DNA of 62,497 nt, filler included, from Asterionella formosa (Eukaryota), in assembly GCA_002256025.1 (NCBI GenBank). It is 18 parts of 18 records of this genome, joined end to end, with 100 filler letters (N's around TTAATTAATTAA, not from the genome) between each part and the next. Parts side by side here need not be neighbours in the genome. Positions count along the whole stretch, not along the records: positions 9,749 to 11,597 come from NKIB01001035.1; positions 11,698 to 13,546 come from NKIB01001036.1; positions 13,647 to 15,494 come from NKIB01001037.1; positions 15,595 to 17,443 come from NKIB01001038.1; positions 17,544 to 46,964 come from NKIB01001039.1; 13 more parts are not named here. The stretch is one strand, 5' to 3'. The position numbers were made by a program, and so were the translations under genes. Under the pieces are notes generated by a model. That model did not search any database. It had not been told where the DNA came from and saw only the letters and a list, made by a program, of their open reading frames with translations. This document shows, piece after piece, positions 9,749 to 21,321 of the stretch (the first letter of the stretch is position 1; every line of letters begins with the position of its first letter).

Positions 9749-11597
9749 AGATAAAAGGCTTGCACATCGCCACTCTTGACATATACAGGATTGAACGATC
9801 CAAGTGGAAGAAGTGAGGGCTGTCCCGCGCCATTGGAAACAAACTCGGCTTTGCCAAGATATTCCCAATCACCAGAACTCGATTGAGATCCTTGGAAACT
9901 TCCAGGTGTCTTCTTCTTTCGAATTTCGATCACGACTGTGGTAGCCGCGTTCGCATGGACTGCGAAGTTTGTAATTGACAAGTCCTTCTTTGCACGTACG
10001 TCGAACATGTTTCCAGCTCCACCCACAGAATTACCAGTAAAAGTAGTTTCCAACTTGACTTCGTTGGTGGGAGGGAAGGTGGGTGCAGGCGCTGGTGCTT
10101 TTGTAGGCACAACAGGTGTTGGGACTGGTTTTGGAACATTTGTTCCGACATTAGGCTGAGCCGGTCGGAATGCCGCATAATTAGCAAGCCGAGCTCGTAT
10201 CCAGCCTGCATTGTTGGTGGATGAATCTCCAGAAGGTACTCCATTAAAGGTCCTGGAAGGGTCAGAGAATTGTTGAACTCGCCGACATTTATTTGTACAA
10301 TCGTAGGACATGACGGTCCGGAATCGAGTGTTGTAGGATGATCCAGCTGTATATTGATATCCGAAGTTGCTTCCACTTCCTGCGGCGTTGTTGTGGTCGT
10401 GGTTGCAACCCTAGAGATACGCCAAAAGCGGATACAAAGTTGGTTAGTATTGAGAGGTTAAGCGTTTAGTTCCATTGTGACGACGAAAGAAGCTTACCAT
10501 ATTATGACCAAGTTCGTGACCGAAGGAATAGTATCCGGTCGCACATGACCATTTTACGACAGTAAATGCAAGAGTGCCCGACGGCGAATCGGGCCGGTAG
10601 CCTATTCCACAGTAGCCACCGGTATCTACCATAATGGAAACAAAATCAGCTCCGACTTGGTCTCTCATACTATGAATATAGTCAAGTTGTCCATCGTTCG
10701 TTCCTTTCAAATAGGCCAAGGTTGTCTCCCACTGATTTCTATAATCATCATAGGTCGCGTCGAAGTGAGTCTTAACCAGACGAAGTTTAGCTGGAATTCC
10801 GGATCGTTCGTACGCCGTGTTGGTTTCTGAGACGGCCAAATTAATGAGACTTTCAATAGTACCCTGGTTATTGGTGCTGGCGGCATCACAATAACCACCA
10901 GTACCGTAGCCCGCTGCTGCACACATGGCTCCTTTGGTGTAGATGACCTATTTTCGATCACAGAGCAAAAGTGGTACATGAGATGAAAACCTTACATTTC
11001 GAGACGGCCGAAATTCCATCTCCCAGGAACAAGACTCACCATGACATCGATCTGAGTCAAACCACTCTGCAAGGCCCTCCCTCCACTTCCGGTAGTCCTC
11101 AAGTATCGTGCGGCGTTTTCATCAGTCACGAGACCATCCACCATAACAGTGGGTCCTGGTATATCCGCTTCTCTATCGCCCTCCATAGCCGACGAGGGCG
11201 GCTCAAGCTCATGATCAAAGCCATCTTGTATTTCGTCCACAATAACTTCCTCATCAGCCAATTGTCGAAGCTGGAAAACAGTTCCATTAGCGTTATGAAT
11301 AGTTCCTGTTACCATTCGTATACCATCTCTCGTTGTCGAAGTAACAAAAGTCATTCTGTCCCCAGTTTCATCGTTGGTCGAAGTGTACGACGTGAACGGA
11401 TCGTCGTCATAGTCTTCCTTACTGAGTTTAAATTTCATGGGCGTGTCGCCTCTCATGAGTTGGATTTCCACGTTTTGGTCGGCATCCAACTGGAGGTCTG
11501 CCAAACTCAACCGAGACCGACGTTTACGTTTGCGCGTATCAAGTTCTACAATGTTTTCTGGCTCGTCAATGGCATCCACGCGATTGGGTCGAGTCAC
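9749..11597 (-). CDS. Metzincin zinc metalloprotease (reprolysin-like/M12B-M72 type) with Pro/Thr linker and C-terminal GNMFD-type domain; partial at both ends; 2 introns
   Basis: GT-AG introns at 11039-10948 and 10497-10411 (CTAAC branch point in the latter) join the ORFs in frame. The joins give IDVM|VIYTKGAMC and HELGHNM|GCNHD (HExxHxxGxxH), followed by the Met-turn RTVMSY. Confidence 0.9.
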
Positions 11598-11697
11598 NNN
11601 NNNNNNNNNNNNNNNNNNNNNNNNNNNNNNNNNNNNNNNNNTTAATTAATTAANNNNNNNNNNNNNNNNNNNNNNNNNNNNNNNNNNNNNNNNNNNN

Positions 11698-13546
11698 CGC
11701 CTCACAAATAGTGTATGCAACACAAATGACATGCAGAAAAGCCCAGATTGGATTTTCTATGGGAAGTGTCCCGAGATATATGATAATCTTGTTGAATTTG
11801 GAAGAATTGGTTGGGTAAAAATACCAGGAAAAATACCTAAACTTGAGGCTAAAGCTACTAAGTGTATAATGATTGGGTACTCTGACAACCATGCAGGGGA
11901 CACATACAGAATGTACCGACCAGACACCCAGAAAGTGATCAATACTAGGAACATCAAGTGGGGAGAGTGGCATGGGAAGTCCAATATCACAACAGATATG
12001 ACCGTATATGACATCACAGAAAATGTCAAAATACCCCCAGCAATTGTGGTACCCCTACCAGTGTTTGGTGATGGAGCTAGTAGTACCCCAGCTACAACGA
12101 TACCCCCCATTAAACCTCATGTGCATTTTGCCGACCCTGAAGCAGGGAGAGAGAATACAGATAGTGCTTCTAAAGACAGCAAATTGCAACGAGAAATGAG
12201 AAAATTGGACGGATGGACACAGATCCCCATGAAAAATGCTAGAAGAGCACTAATTATGGCATCACCACCACCAAAACAACACGAAGAGGTTCTTACAACA
12301 ATGGTCAATGAAAATGACAGAGTAGTTGAAATACATTGGATATATTCAACATCATTAGCATCTGATCCTGGAGAACCAAAAGGGTACAAACAAGCAATGA
12401 CTGATCCTGAACGTGATAAGTGGATCGAGGCAATGAAAGTGGAAATTAACAATTTCTACAAACGCAAAGTGTGGGAGAAATTTCCAAGGAAAATGCTCAA
12501 TGAACGCAAGATGCTAGGCAGTCGATGGGTGTTTAAGAAGAAGTCTGAACAAGACTTATCCATCCGCTATAAAGGACGAATTGTTGTGAAGGGATATGTA
12601 CAAATCCCTGGCGTCGACTTCACAGAGTCATTTGCCCCAGTTGCAACCGATACAACAACAAGAACAGTTTTTGCAATCACACTCTATAATCACAGCAAGG
12701 ATGTTAACGAACGATGGATTTGCGAAATTGTTGATGTGGAAGCGGCATTCCTAGAAGGTGATATGGACGAAGCAATCTATATTGGCTGGCCAGAAGGAAT
12801 AGAAGAGCTTGGCTATGAGACAAAAGCCGACACCGAAAATTATTGCATTTTGCTCAAAAAAGCGATGTATGGGACAGTTCAGGGAGCTTTGCAGTTTTTT
12901 AAGAAACTGGTTGAAAATTTGAAATTAGTTGGTCTGACTCAATGTCAAGTGGACCCATGTATTTTCTATTTGAAACGGAATGGGAAATTAGTGTTACTAA
13001 TTGCCTCACACGTTGACGACTGCGCTGTAGCCGGAAAGCCTAGTGATGTAGAGTGGTTCAAGAATGAGATAAAGAAATATTTCACAATTAAAGAACTTGG
13101 GCAATTGAAGAAACACCTGGGCGTGTGGTACAAATGGGGAGAGGATTCTACAGGACGCTACTTAGAGAGTAGTATGGAAAGTTTTGTCCAAAGTATGAAA
13201 GACGATTTCAAAGATATCTTTGGACATTTCCCAAAAGATGCAGCAACTCCGGCTTTCCCAAGCACTACGCTGAGAAAGTCAACTGGGAATCCAGTGAAGC
13301 ATAAAGAGTACCGATCTATGGTAGGCAAGCTACTATACTACGTTAAAAAGATTGGTCCTGTTTGTTCCAACGCATGCCGAGAATTGTCACAACATTTGGA
13401 TAATCCAGGTGATGAGCACTGGAACGCAGTAGAAAGACTACTTGGGTATATTTGTGCTAAACCTGAAAATCGAAGATTGAAGTTGAGACCACCAAAGGAA
13501 CTACGTGTACAAGATGTCGTTGACAGCTCTTTCGGCGATAATCCTG
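11698..13546 (+). mobile_element. Ty1/Copia pol fragment (integrase C-terminus, RT, start of RNase H), uninterrupted
   Basis: KLEAKATKCIMIGY, RWVFKKK, YKGRIVVKGY.QIPGVDF, DVEAAFL, KKAMYG, SHVDD, YRSMVGKLLY and VDSSF. No stops across the ORF. Confidence 0.95.
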
Positions 13547-13646
13547 NNNNNNNNNNNNNNNNNNNNNNNNNNNNNNNNNNNNNNNNNNNNTTAATTAATT
13601 AANNNNNNNNNNNNNNNNNNNNNNNNNNNNNNNNNNNNNNNNNNNN

Positions 13647-15494
13647 CTTGGCTGTGCGTCGCAATCAGTATTGCGTGGCTTCAAAACTGGAGGGGCGGAG
13701 GGACAGGCGGAAGTGTGGTACAGTACATTTGTAAGGGGCGTTCTTAATATTGGGCGCGCTCTGAAATTAAAAAATTATTATATCATGTGTATTACCGGTA
13801 TAACACAAATCGTTGTACCCATAACCCCAAAATTTGTGTTTATGTTGACCAAATTTTTTACAGTTATGCATAACAGTGCATTATATAAGAAGATGTTTAG
13901 GCATGAATGACTACATATAATTTCCCATAATATTTCAAGACTTGCTTGCTCATACCCGAAATGGCTTCTTGCTCTTACCAAAAAAACGATGTTGGTATGC
14001 ATATACATATACACATCAATCATCATAAAGGTATCATCAATCCACATCTGCTTCCAGTTTTGTTGTGATCATGTCTTCTTGCTCACAATCCACCTGCAAT
14101 ACAATCTTAGAGGTCGCAGCCATTATTAACTCATGTGCAATGTCTGCACTGATTGATAATTATAAGGCGAAATGAAGAAACAGAGCACATTATATCATTC
14201 TATACATTTGTTTGTTAGCTTTAATGTCACTACATCGTCAACACTGCCATAAACTAAAATACATTTGCTGTGCTTGTAAATGAAGAAATTGTGTTCACCA
14301 CAGACCTTTGCTACTGTAGCATCCTATGTACAATGGCGTCTGCAGCAGGGAACTTATTTTCCAGACAAAAAACAGTCCACTTAATATCTCCGCTGGTACC
14401 TCATGATTGTATCCATCTACAAGCTGCAATACATTTGGATTTGCTGTCACTTCCTCTCGCAGCTGTTGATATTGATTTTCAATGTCATCAAGACTGGATT
14501 GATTTCACCTCCGTCCCCATGGGAATTGATACAATCTTGTTGTCTTGTTTGAAAGTCAGGAATAAGTTGGCGGGCTTGCTGCCAATCGCTCTTGCCTTTG
14601 CTGAAATTGATTTTCAATTTCATCGAAAACTTGATTGATTTCACCTCCATTGCTATGGGGATTGATAAGAACTAGTCGTTGAAAAGCGGGAACAGGTTGG
14701 GCTCAGTCCATAGCATGGGCAAACAAACGATGCAAGTCCCTCTGACTGTCTTCATTTTGGAGTGAAAAGTCGCTCTTGGAGAGCAATACCTCGTTGTGAA
14801 AGTTCTGTTGGCCTGATTTGACGATCAGAGGCTTGTTTCTTGAGAAAAGCTGAAACTTCTATGTTTCTGTCTCTCAGGTTTTAAGTTCACTCATGGCATC
14901 ACCCTTGTCATCAGGAGATGAGAGGTAAGCCGACATGCTGGTCAGTGACTGACATTGGTGAAATTATGGAACTCATGTGGACAGTGAACAAGAGGCCGCA
15001 TAACACACAAGAGGATGCATCGCTATGAAACTATAACTGTTATAAATTAAAGTTAAATTTTTATAAAATGTCAGATGACTAATCTAAAACATCTTGATTA
15101 TCAGAGCGTGACGATGTTATTATGTATCAAATCGCCAAAATAATTTGTGTTATGATACACACATGATATAATAATTTTTTAATATCAGAGCGTGCCCAGT
15201 GGGCGCGCTGCTTCTTCGATATACCAAAGTAATTTGTGACAAAATTATCATATCACAAATATTCCTTCATGATTTGATGTAGTATAATATCGTCGTTGCA
15301 CTGTGAAATTCATATTATTTTAGATTACTTATCTAACATCAAATAAAAATTTAACTGTTATTTTTAACAGTTAAATTTTCATAGCAATGCATCCTCCCAT
15401 TTGTTATGCCTCCTCTTATTCATTTTAAATGTAATAATATCATTGATTTGAGTTGCATAATCTCGCCATCATTGGTCACTGACAATGTTGGCTT
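13647..15494 (+). repeat. Near-identical second version of contig 1-1850 (allele or assembly bubble); TIR element copy at 13752-15197
   Basis: Same first bases (CTTGGCTGTGCG) and last bases (GTTGGCTT) as 1-1850, collinear throughout, with only scattered substitutions and small indels. Confidence 0.95.
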
Positions 15495-15826
15495 NNNNNN
15501 NNNNNNNNNNNNNNNNNNNNNNNNNNNNNNNNNNNNNNTTAATTAATTAANNNNNNNNNNNNNNNNNNNNNNNNNNNNNNNNNNNNNNNNNNNNAAGAAG
15601 ATGACAACAATGAAGGTGTGAGTGAGCATTATGATAGTCAGTTTACAATGATGGGCACTTTGGCATATGAAACTGGAAACAATGGTGTGCTTACCTGGGG
15701 AAGTTTGGAGGCAAATACAAACACAACGAAAACAAACAAGGAGGACATGAGTAGTACAACTATACAACTGTTGGTGGACGGCCCAAAGGTGCCACCATTG
15801 CTGCCACCATTAGCAACAAACCCCAG

Positions 15827-16600
15827 ATGCAAAATGCATTGATTGAAGCAACAGATGAGTACATGAATAAAATGCTAGACAGCAAAAATAACAACAAACG
15901 TACCTCCAAAGGAACAATTTCTTTGATCATTGATGCTGCCAAGGAAAGGAATGGAATACCTGCAAATTCTGCCACACCAAACAAGAAAGCAATTTATGAA
16001 CAAGGATGGTATCCCCTGAACTATAATGTCTTGCTTCACCCTGAGATTCAACTAGTAACCCAACCACGACACAACAGAACATCAATGCGCCCACAGAGAC
16101 TGCCACTCTCCCTCCTGATGAGTTAAACCTCCAAACTGGCTTTTCTGGAACAATTGTTGGAAGAATTAACAAGTTTTGCAAATGCGAGGATGTGCGAAAT
16201 GGAATCGACCGGGACGCCGCCCAAGCTAGTAGACAGAGAAGGGAGACAGCGGATTCACACATTGAGGGACACAAGAAGAGGATAACAGCAGGACTTCTGG
16301 CCTCTGCACAAACCTTTTCCCTTGGGCCAAATATTCTTGCTGTTACACTGGAACGGAAGCGAATTTCAGACATTGTCATTAGTACAAAAGAAACCAAGCA
16401 AAAGGCAACAAGAATTCAATACACTTCGCGGAAAAACACTTACATTAAAAGGGATAGAACAGAACAAAACAAAAGAACAGATGTCTGTGCCAGAATTGAA
16501 ATTAATGGTGCATTGGTACAAACAATCAGGTGATTTGCCGGTTCCACAAACAAGGCAAGCTCTGATTACAAGATTCGACGACACCAATCACCGTGGTGAC
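15827..16600 (+). pseudogene. Internally deleted pogo/Tc5-like (DDE_1) transposon remnant
   Basis: N-terminal segment KRTSKGTISLIIDAAKERNGI is joined directly to KKAIYEQGWYPLNYNVLLHPEI, then LNLQTGF and KRITAGLLAS. These resemble the termini of diatom pogo-like transposases with the DDE core missing. Frameshifted. Confidence 0.5.
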
Positions 16601-17224
16601 CAGCAGCCGCCATTCCCTCTCCATGCACCTCCTATTGCTGTGGTTGTTGTTACTGCACCTCCTCCTGTTGCTATTCCCTCTCCTTCTACAACTGCTACTG
16701 CCGATCCACCATTCCGTGATGAATATGCAATAATCTTAGTGACTTTGGAAAAATTATTTCTTCATGGCTAGATACACTGAATCAAAACTGATTCCTTAAT
16801 AGTATAGCAGAGAGCATTGTCTAACTTAAGCTTTGTACTTGCGTCAAGTTTTGATTGTTGAATTACATAAATATTTTTAGTCGAAAGATAGAGTAAAATA
16901 GCGGTGGCTTACAGTTTTTAAGTGGTACCAGGTACCAGTATATGAACAGGTATTCCGGTCGGCCGGATTCGTCATAACACGATATGAAAGCGCAGGAGGG
17001 TAAGATACGTTTCACAGTTGTCAGTGTAGGAATGAATCCTCACAACTTTATTACCTTTAGCTACCAGGTGTGCTGTACATGTATACCGGTACTTTTGTGA
17101 TGAAGAACTAGACTACGGTAGACAACGGGTACAGGTACAGATATACTATTATTATGTTTCATGAATGAGCCGCAAGACCCGATGAACACAACGGCCGGTA
17201 CCGCTCCGGCGACCAGTGTCACTG

Positions 17225-17226
<2 letters not shown>

Positions 17227-17255
<29 letters not shown>

Positions 17256-17256
17256 C
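17227..17256 (+). repeat. (AAC)10 microsatellite, encoding poly-Asn in a truncated ORF starting at 17161
   Basis: Read directly. Confidence 0.95.
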
Positions 17257-17555
17257 GATATGACTTTACGAAATGTAATTCATCAAGGCTGCAAAAGGAT
17301 TGATCTTGGTGCAGCCGTATTGCCCCAACCTCTCCTCAATGACTCCCAGTACGCAAAAGTCCTTGGCCGTGAAATGAATGCCATTGTTGTGGAACATCAT
17401 TTAAAATGGGGACCACTTTGCCATGATTTACCAGGACCATTGGNNNNNNNNNNNNNNNNNNNNNNNNNNNNNNNNNNNNNNNNNNNNTTAATTAATTAAN
17501 NNNNNNNNNNNNNNNNNNNNNNNNNNNNNNNNNNNNNNNNNNNTTGAATTCAAAG

Positions 17556-17750
17556 TGAATTATCTAACTAGAAGTAGTAGTATTTGTTGAATATATGAGC
17601 TTATTAATTAATCCTTATGTACAACTCGTTTCCTAAACTGACATCAAAGTATACAATGGGTGTTAGTCGAGTTCTCTCATTATTGAATTCCGATATATTT
17701 GATATATCCCTTATCCTATATACATCTTGTACGATGTGCAGGATTACTCA
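17556..17750 (-). mobile_element. LTR, family B (diverged copy)
   Basis: TGAATTATC...GATTACTCA. Preceded by the same TTGAATTCAAAG interior as at 5060-5071 and followed by GCAGGTACCTGG. Confidence 0.75.
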
Positions 17751-18002
17751 GCAGGTACCTGGAATGCAAAACGAGCGGCGCGACAAAGATTTTGACCGGT
17801 CATTCCAGGGCAGGCAGTGCTAGAGCGCGCCAGAGTAGGCGCAATATATTTCAACACATGGCTATTGGAAAATAAATTTTATGTTGAATTCAACGCCAGG
17901 TGGTACTACTCAAGAATTTACAAACACGACCACAAAGAAAAAGGCGTTTCAACACACATCCCATAAAACGAAAACAACCTTATCAACAAGAACAAAGCAA
18001 AC

Positions 18003-21000
18003 ATGGCTTCTTTCAGTGGTACATACGCCCCTCGCCATGCTGGAATCACGAACGCTCATGCCGTACAAGATAGGATCGTTAGGAGGGGAATTTATTATTG
18101 TCCTATTCATCCAGACATTCTGCTTCGCAGAATGAATTTGTTTGGAGTTTGGAAAATTGTGCGAGAGAGCTGCCCTAGATGCGATACTCAGCAGCCACCG
18201 CAGCCTCCTTCTTCGCCAGCAACACAAATTCCAACCACTTCAATTCCGTCTAAGATTGCTGAAATTATTTCAAAGATGGAAAGGAATCTGCAGATTAAAA
18301 AAATTCAAGAAGATTGTCTCAAGGAGCTCGGGGCATTGGCTTTGAATGACGAAAACAAGGCGGCGATTCTTGAAGCAGGAGGTATCAATTTGATTCTGTC
18401 TGCCATGAACACTCATTCATCCATTGCAAATGTGCAATACTACGGTTGTGGGCTTTTTTGGGCCTTGGCTGCTGAGAAAGATTACAATGTGGCGACTGCT
18501 GAAACAGGAGTTATCACTACGATTCTGTTTGCGCTGAGGAATCATAAATCCAATGCAATTGTGCAACACTATGGTTGTGCAGCACTTCAACGTTTGGCAG
18601 TGAATGATAAAAACAAGGGGAAGATTGCTGAAGGAGGAGGTATCAATTTGATTGTGTCTGCGATGAAGACTCATCCCTCCAATGCTAAGGTGCAAGAAGA
18701 GGGTTGTGAAACACTTTTTGTCATGTCTTACAATAATGACGAAAACAAGGTGGCCATTGCTGAAGCAGGAGGGATCATTACGACCGTGTCTGCGATGAAT
18801 AATCATGGTGGCAATGTTGAATTGCAATACTTGGGTAGTGGAGTACTTTGGAACTTGGCTGATAATCAGGACAACCAGGTGAAGATTGCTGAAGCAAAAG
18901 GTATCATTACAATTCTGTTTGCTATGAAAAATCATTTCCTCAATTCTCAGGTTCAACACTGTGGTTGTGCAGCACTTTGGAACTTGTCTATGAATGACGA
19001 CAACAAGGTAACGATTGCTGAAGCAGGAGGTATTCCTACGATTGTATCTGCGATGAAGAATCATTCCTCCAATGCTGACGTGCAAGAATATAGTTGTGGA
19101 ACACTTGGGAACTTGGCTTTGAATGACAGCAACAAGGTGGCTATTGTTGAAGCTGGTGGAGTATTAGCAATTGAGTCTGCTATGCAAAAGCACTCATCCA
19201 ATGCTGATGTGCAAGAAAACGCTTATCGAGCACTTTCTATCTTTCAACCAACCTCAACAACAACTCCAAAGCCAAGCAGTAGCAATCCAACTGATCCCAT
19301 TTCCATAGTTCAAAAAACAGAATTGAAAAAATATGTTGAACGAATTAAAGAAAATGATCTAAGTTTGACTACACTTTATCTCGCATCCAAATCAATTGGT
19401 GATGATGGCGCCAAGACCATTGCAGAGACTCTCAAGGTCAATACTGTCTTGACTGCACTTGATCTCGATGGTAATTTAATTGGTGTCGTTGGCGCCAAGG
19501 CCATTGCAGAGACTCTCATGGACAATACTCCCTTGACTACACTTTATCTCAGAGGTAATTTAATTGATGATGAGGGTGCCGAGGCCATTGCAGAGGCTCT
19601 CAATTTAAATACTGGCTTGACTACACTCAATCTCGGAGCTAATTCAATTGGTATTGATGGCGCCAAGGCCATTGCAGAGGCCCTCAAGGTCAATGCTTTC
19701 TTGACTACACTTTATCTAAAAGATAATTCGATTGATGATGATGGCGCCAAGGCCATTGCAGAGGCTCTCAATGTCAATACTGTCTTGACTACACTTTTTC
19801 TTGACAATAATTCAATTGGTGATGATGGCGCCAAGGCTATTGCAGAGGCCCGCAAGGACAATACTGTCTTAACTAGACTTGATCTCTATTACCTACAAGA
19901 TGAGCTTTTCAAAAGTGGATTTTGTCCTTATCATGCAGACATTCAGCTTCGCAAACCGAATTTGTTTGGAGTTTGGAAGATAGTGCAAGAGAGCTGCCCT
20001 AAATGCACCACTTCGCCTCTTGCTGTAATTCTTTCAGAGATGAAAATGAATGAGCAGAATGCTGACATTCAAAAAAGAAGGCTCTTCGAGCTTGCGAAAT
20101 TGGCTTATGCTCATGACAACAACAGGGTGACAATTGCTAAAGCAGGAGGTATTGATATGATTCTGTCTGCTATGAATATTCATTCCTCCAATGCTAATCT
20201 GCAAAACTATGGTTGTGGAGTACTTATGAACTTGGCTGTGAATGAAGACAACAAGGAGGTGATTGTTGAAGCAGGAGGAATTGCTATGATTCTGTCTGCA
20301 ATGGCGACTCATCAGTCCAATGCTAATGTGCAATACAATGGTTGTGGAGCACTTTTGAGTTTGTGTGACAATCATGACAACAACAGGGTGAAGATTGCCG
20401 AAGCAGGAGGTATTGCTATGATTCTGTCTGGGATGAACATACATTCCTCCAATGCTAATGTGCAAGAGTATGGTTGTGGAGTACTTGGGAACTTGGCTGT
20501 GAATGATGACAACAACACGGTGACAATTGCTGAAGCAGGAGGTATCATTACAATTCTGTCTGCGATGGCAACTCATCAGTCCAATGCTGATGTGCAACAC
20601 TATGGTTGTTTTGCACTTAATAACTTGGCTGTGAATGACGACAACAAGGTGGAGATTGCTGAAGCAGAAGGTATTACTACGATTCTGTTTGCTATGACAA
20701 ATCATTCCTCAAATGCTAAAGTGCAACACTATGGTTGTGCAGCTCTTTGGACCTTGGCTGTGAACGACATCAACAAGGTGAATATTGCTGAAGAAAGAGG
20801 TACTGTTATGATTTTATCTGCAATGAAGTATCATTTAGACAATGCTAAAGTGCAACACTATGGTTGTGCAGCACTTCAGAACTTGGCTATGAATGACAAC
20901 AACAAGGTAATGATTGCTGAAACAGGAGGTATTCCTACAATTGTGTCTGCAATGAAGTATCATTCCTCCAATATTAATGTGCAACACTATGGTTGTGCAG

Positions 21001-21302
21001 CACTTGGCACCTTGGCTGTGAATGACAACAACAAGAAGATGATTGCTGTTGCAGGAGGTATTCCTATGATTGTGTCTGCAATGAATTGTCATTTAGACAG
21101 TGCTGATGTACAACACTATGGTTGTGCAGCACTTTGTTGCTTGGCTGAGAATGACATCAACAAGGTGGCAATTGCCAATGCTGGTGGAAAAGGCGCAATT
21201 GAGTCTGCAATAAAGAAACAACCAAACAATGCTAATGTGCAATACTATGGTTGTGCAGCACTTCGCATATTGACCCAACATTGGAAATGGTCATTATGGT
21301 AA
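18003..21302 (+). CDS. 1099-aa modular repeat protein: CxxH-x20-CxxC / 7 ARM / 6 RI-like LRR / CxxH-x20-CxxC / 9 ARM
   Basis: Intronless ORF with 42-aa ARM units (NKVxIAEAGGI..ILSAM..HSSNANVQHYGCxAL), 28-aa LRRs (LTTLYL..NSIGDDGAKAIAEALKVNT) and Cys/His motifs at 18099-18182 and 19923-20006. Confidence 0.92.
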   Translation: MASFSGTYAPRHAGITNAHAVQDRIVRRGIYYCPIHPDILLRRMNLFGVWKIVRESCPRCDTQQPPQPPSSPATQIPTTSIPSKIAEIISKMERNLQIKKIQEDCLKELGALALNDENKAAILEAGGINLILSAMNTHSSIANVQYYGCGLFWALAAEKDYNVATAETGVITTILFALRNHKSNAIVQHYGCAALQRLAVNDKNKGKIAEGGGINLIVSAMKTHPSNAKVQEEGCETLFVMSYNNDENKVAIAEAGGIITTVSAMNNHGGNVELQYLGSGVLWNLADNQDNQVKIAEAKGIITILFAMKNHFLNSQVQHCGCAALWNLSMNDDNKVTIAEAGGIPTIVSAMKNHSSNADVQEYSCGTLGNLALNDSNKVAIVEAGGVLAIESAMQKHSSNADVQENAYRALSIFQPTSTTTPKPSSSNPTDPISIVQKTELKKYVERIKENDLSLTTLYLASKSIGDDGAKTIAETLKVNTVLTALDLDGNLIGVVGAKAIAETLMDNTPLTTLYLRGNLIDDEGAEAIAEALNLNTGLTTLNLGANSIGIDGAKAIAEALKVNAFLTTLYLKDNSIDDDGAKAIAEALNVNTVLTTLFLDNNSIGDDGAKAIAEARKDNTVLTRLDLYYLQDELFKSGFCPYHADIQLRKPNLFGVWKIVQESCPKCTTSPLAVILSEMKMNEQNADIQKRRLFELAKLAYAHDNNRVTIAKAGGIDMILSAMNIHSSNANLQNYGCGVLMNLAVNEDNKEVIVEAGGIAMILSAMATHQSNANVQYNGCGALLSLCDNHDNNRVKIAEAGGIAMILSGMNIHSSNANVQEYGCGVLGNLAVNDDNNTVTIAEAGGIITILSAMATHQSNADVQHYGCFALNNLAVNDDNKVEIAEAEGITTILFAMTNHSSNAKVQHYGCAALWTLAVNDINKVNIAEERGTVMILSAMKYHLDNAKVQHYGCAALQNLAMNDNNKVMIAETGGIPTIVSAMKYHSSNINVQHYGCAALGTLAVNDNNKKMIAVAGGIPMIVSAMNCHLDSADVQHYGCAALCCLAENDINKVAIANAGGKGAIESAIKKQPNNANVQYYGCAALRILTQHWKWSLW

Positions 21303-21321
21303 TATTTAGGAGGATAAAGTA

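Noticed and set aside
13647..15494. Apparent 1.85-kb long-range duplication of 1-1850
   Set aside because: These are separate contigs with identical start and end points, best explained as alleles or a graph bubble rather than a duplication at this spacing.
18417..21281. Long antisense ORFs over the ARM gene
   Set aside because: Shadow frames produced by repeated codon patterns.
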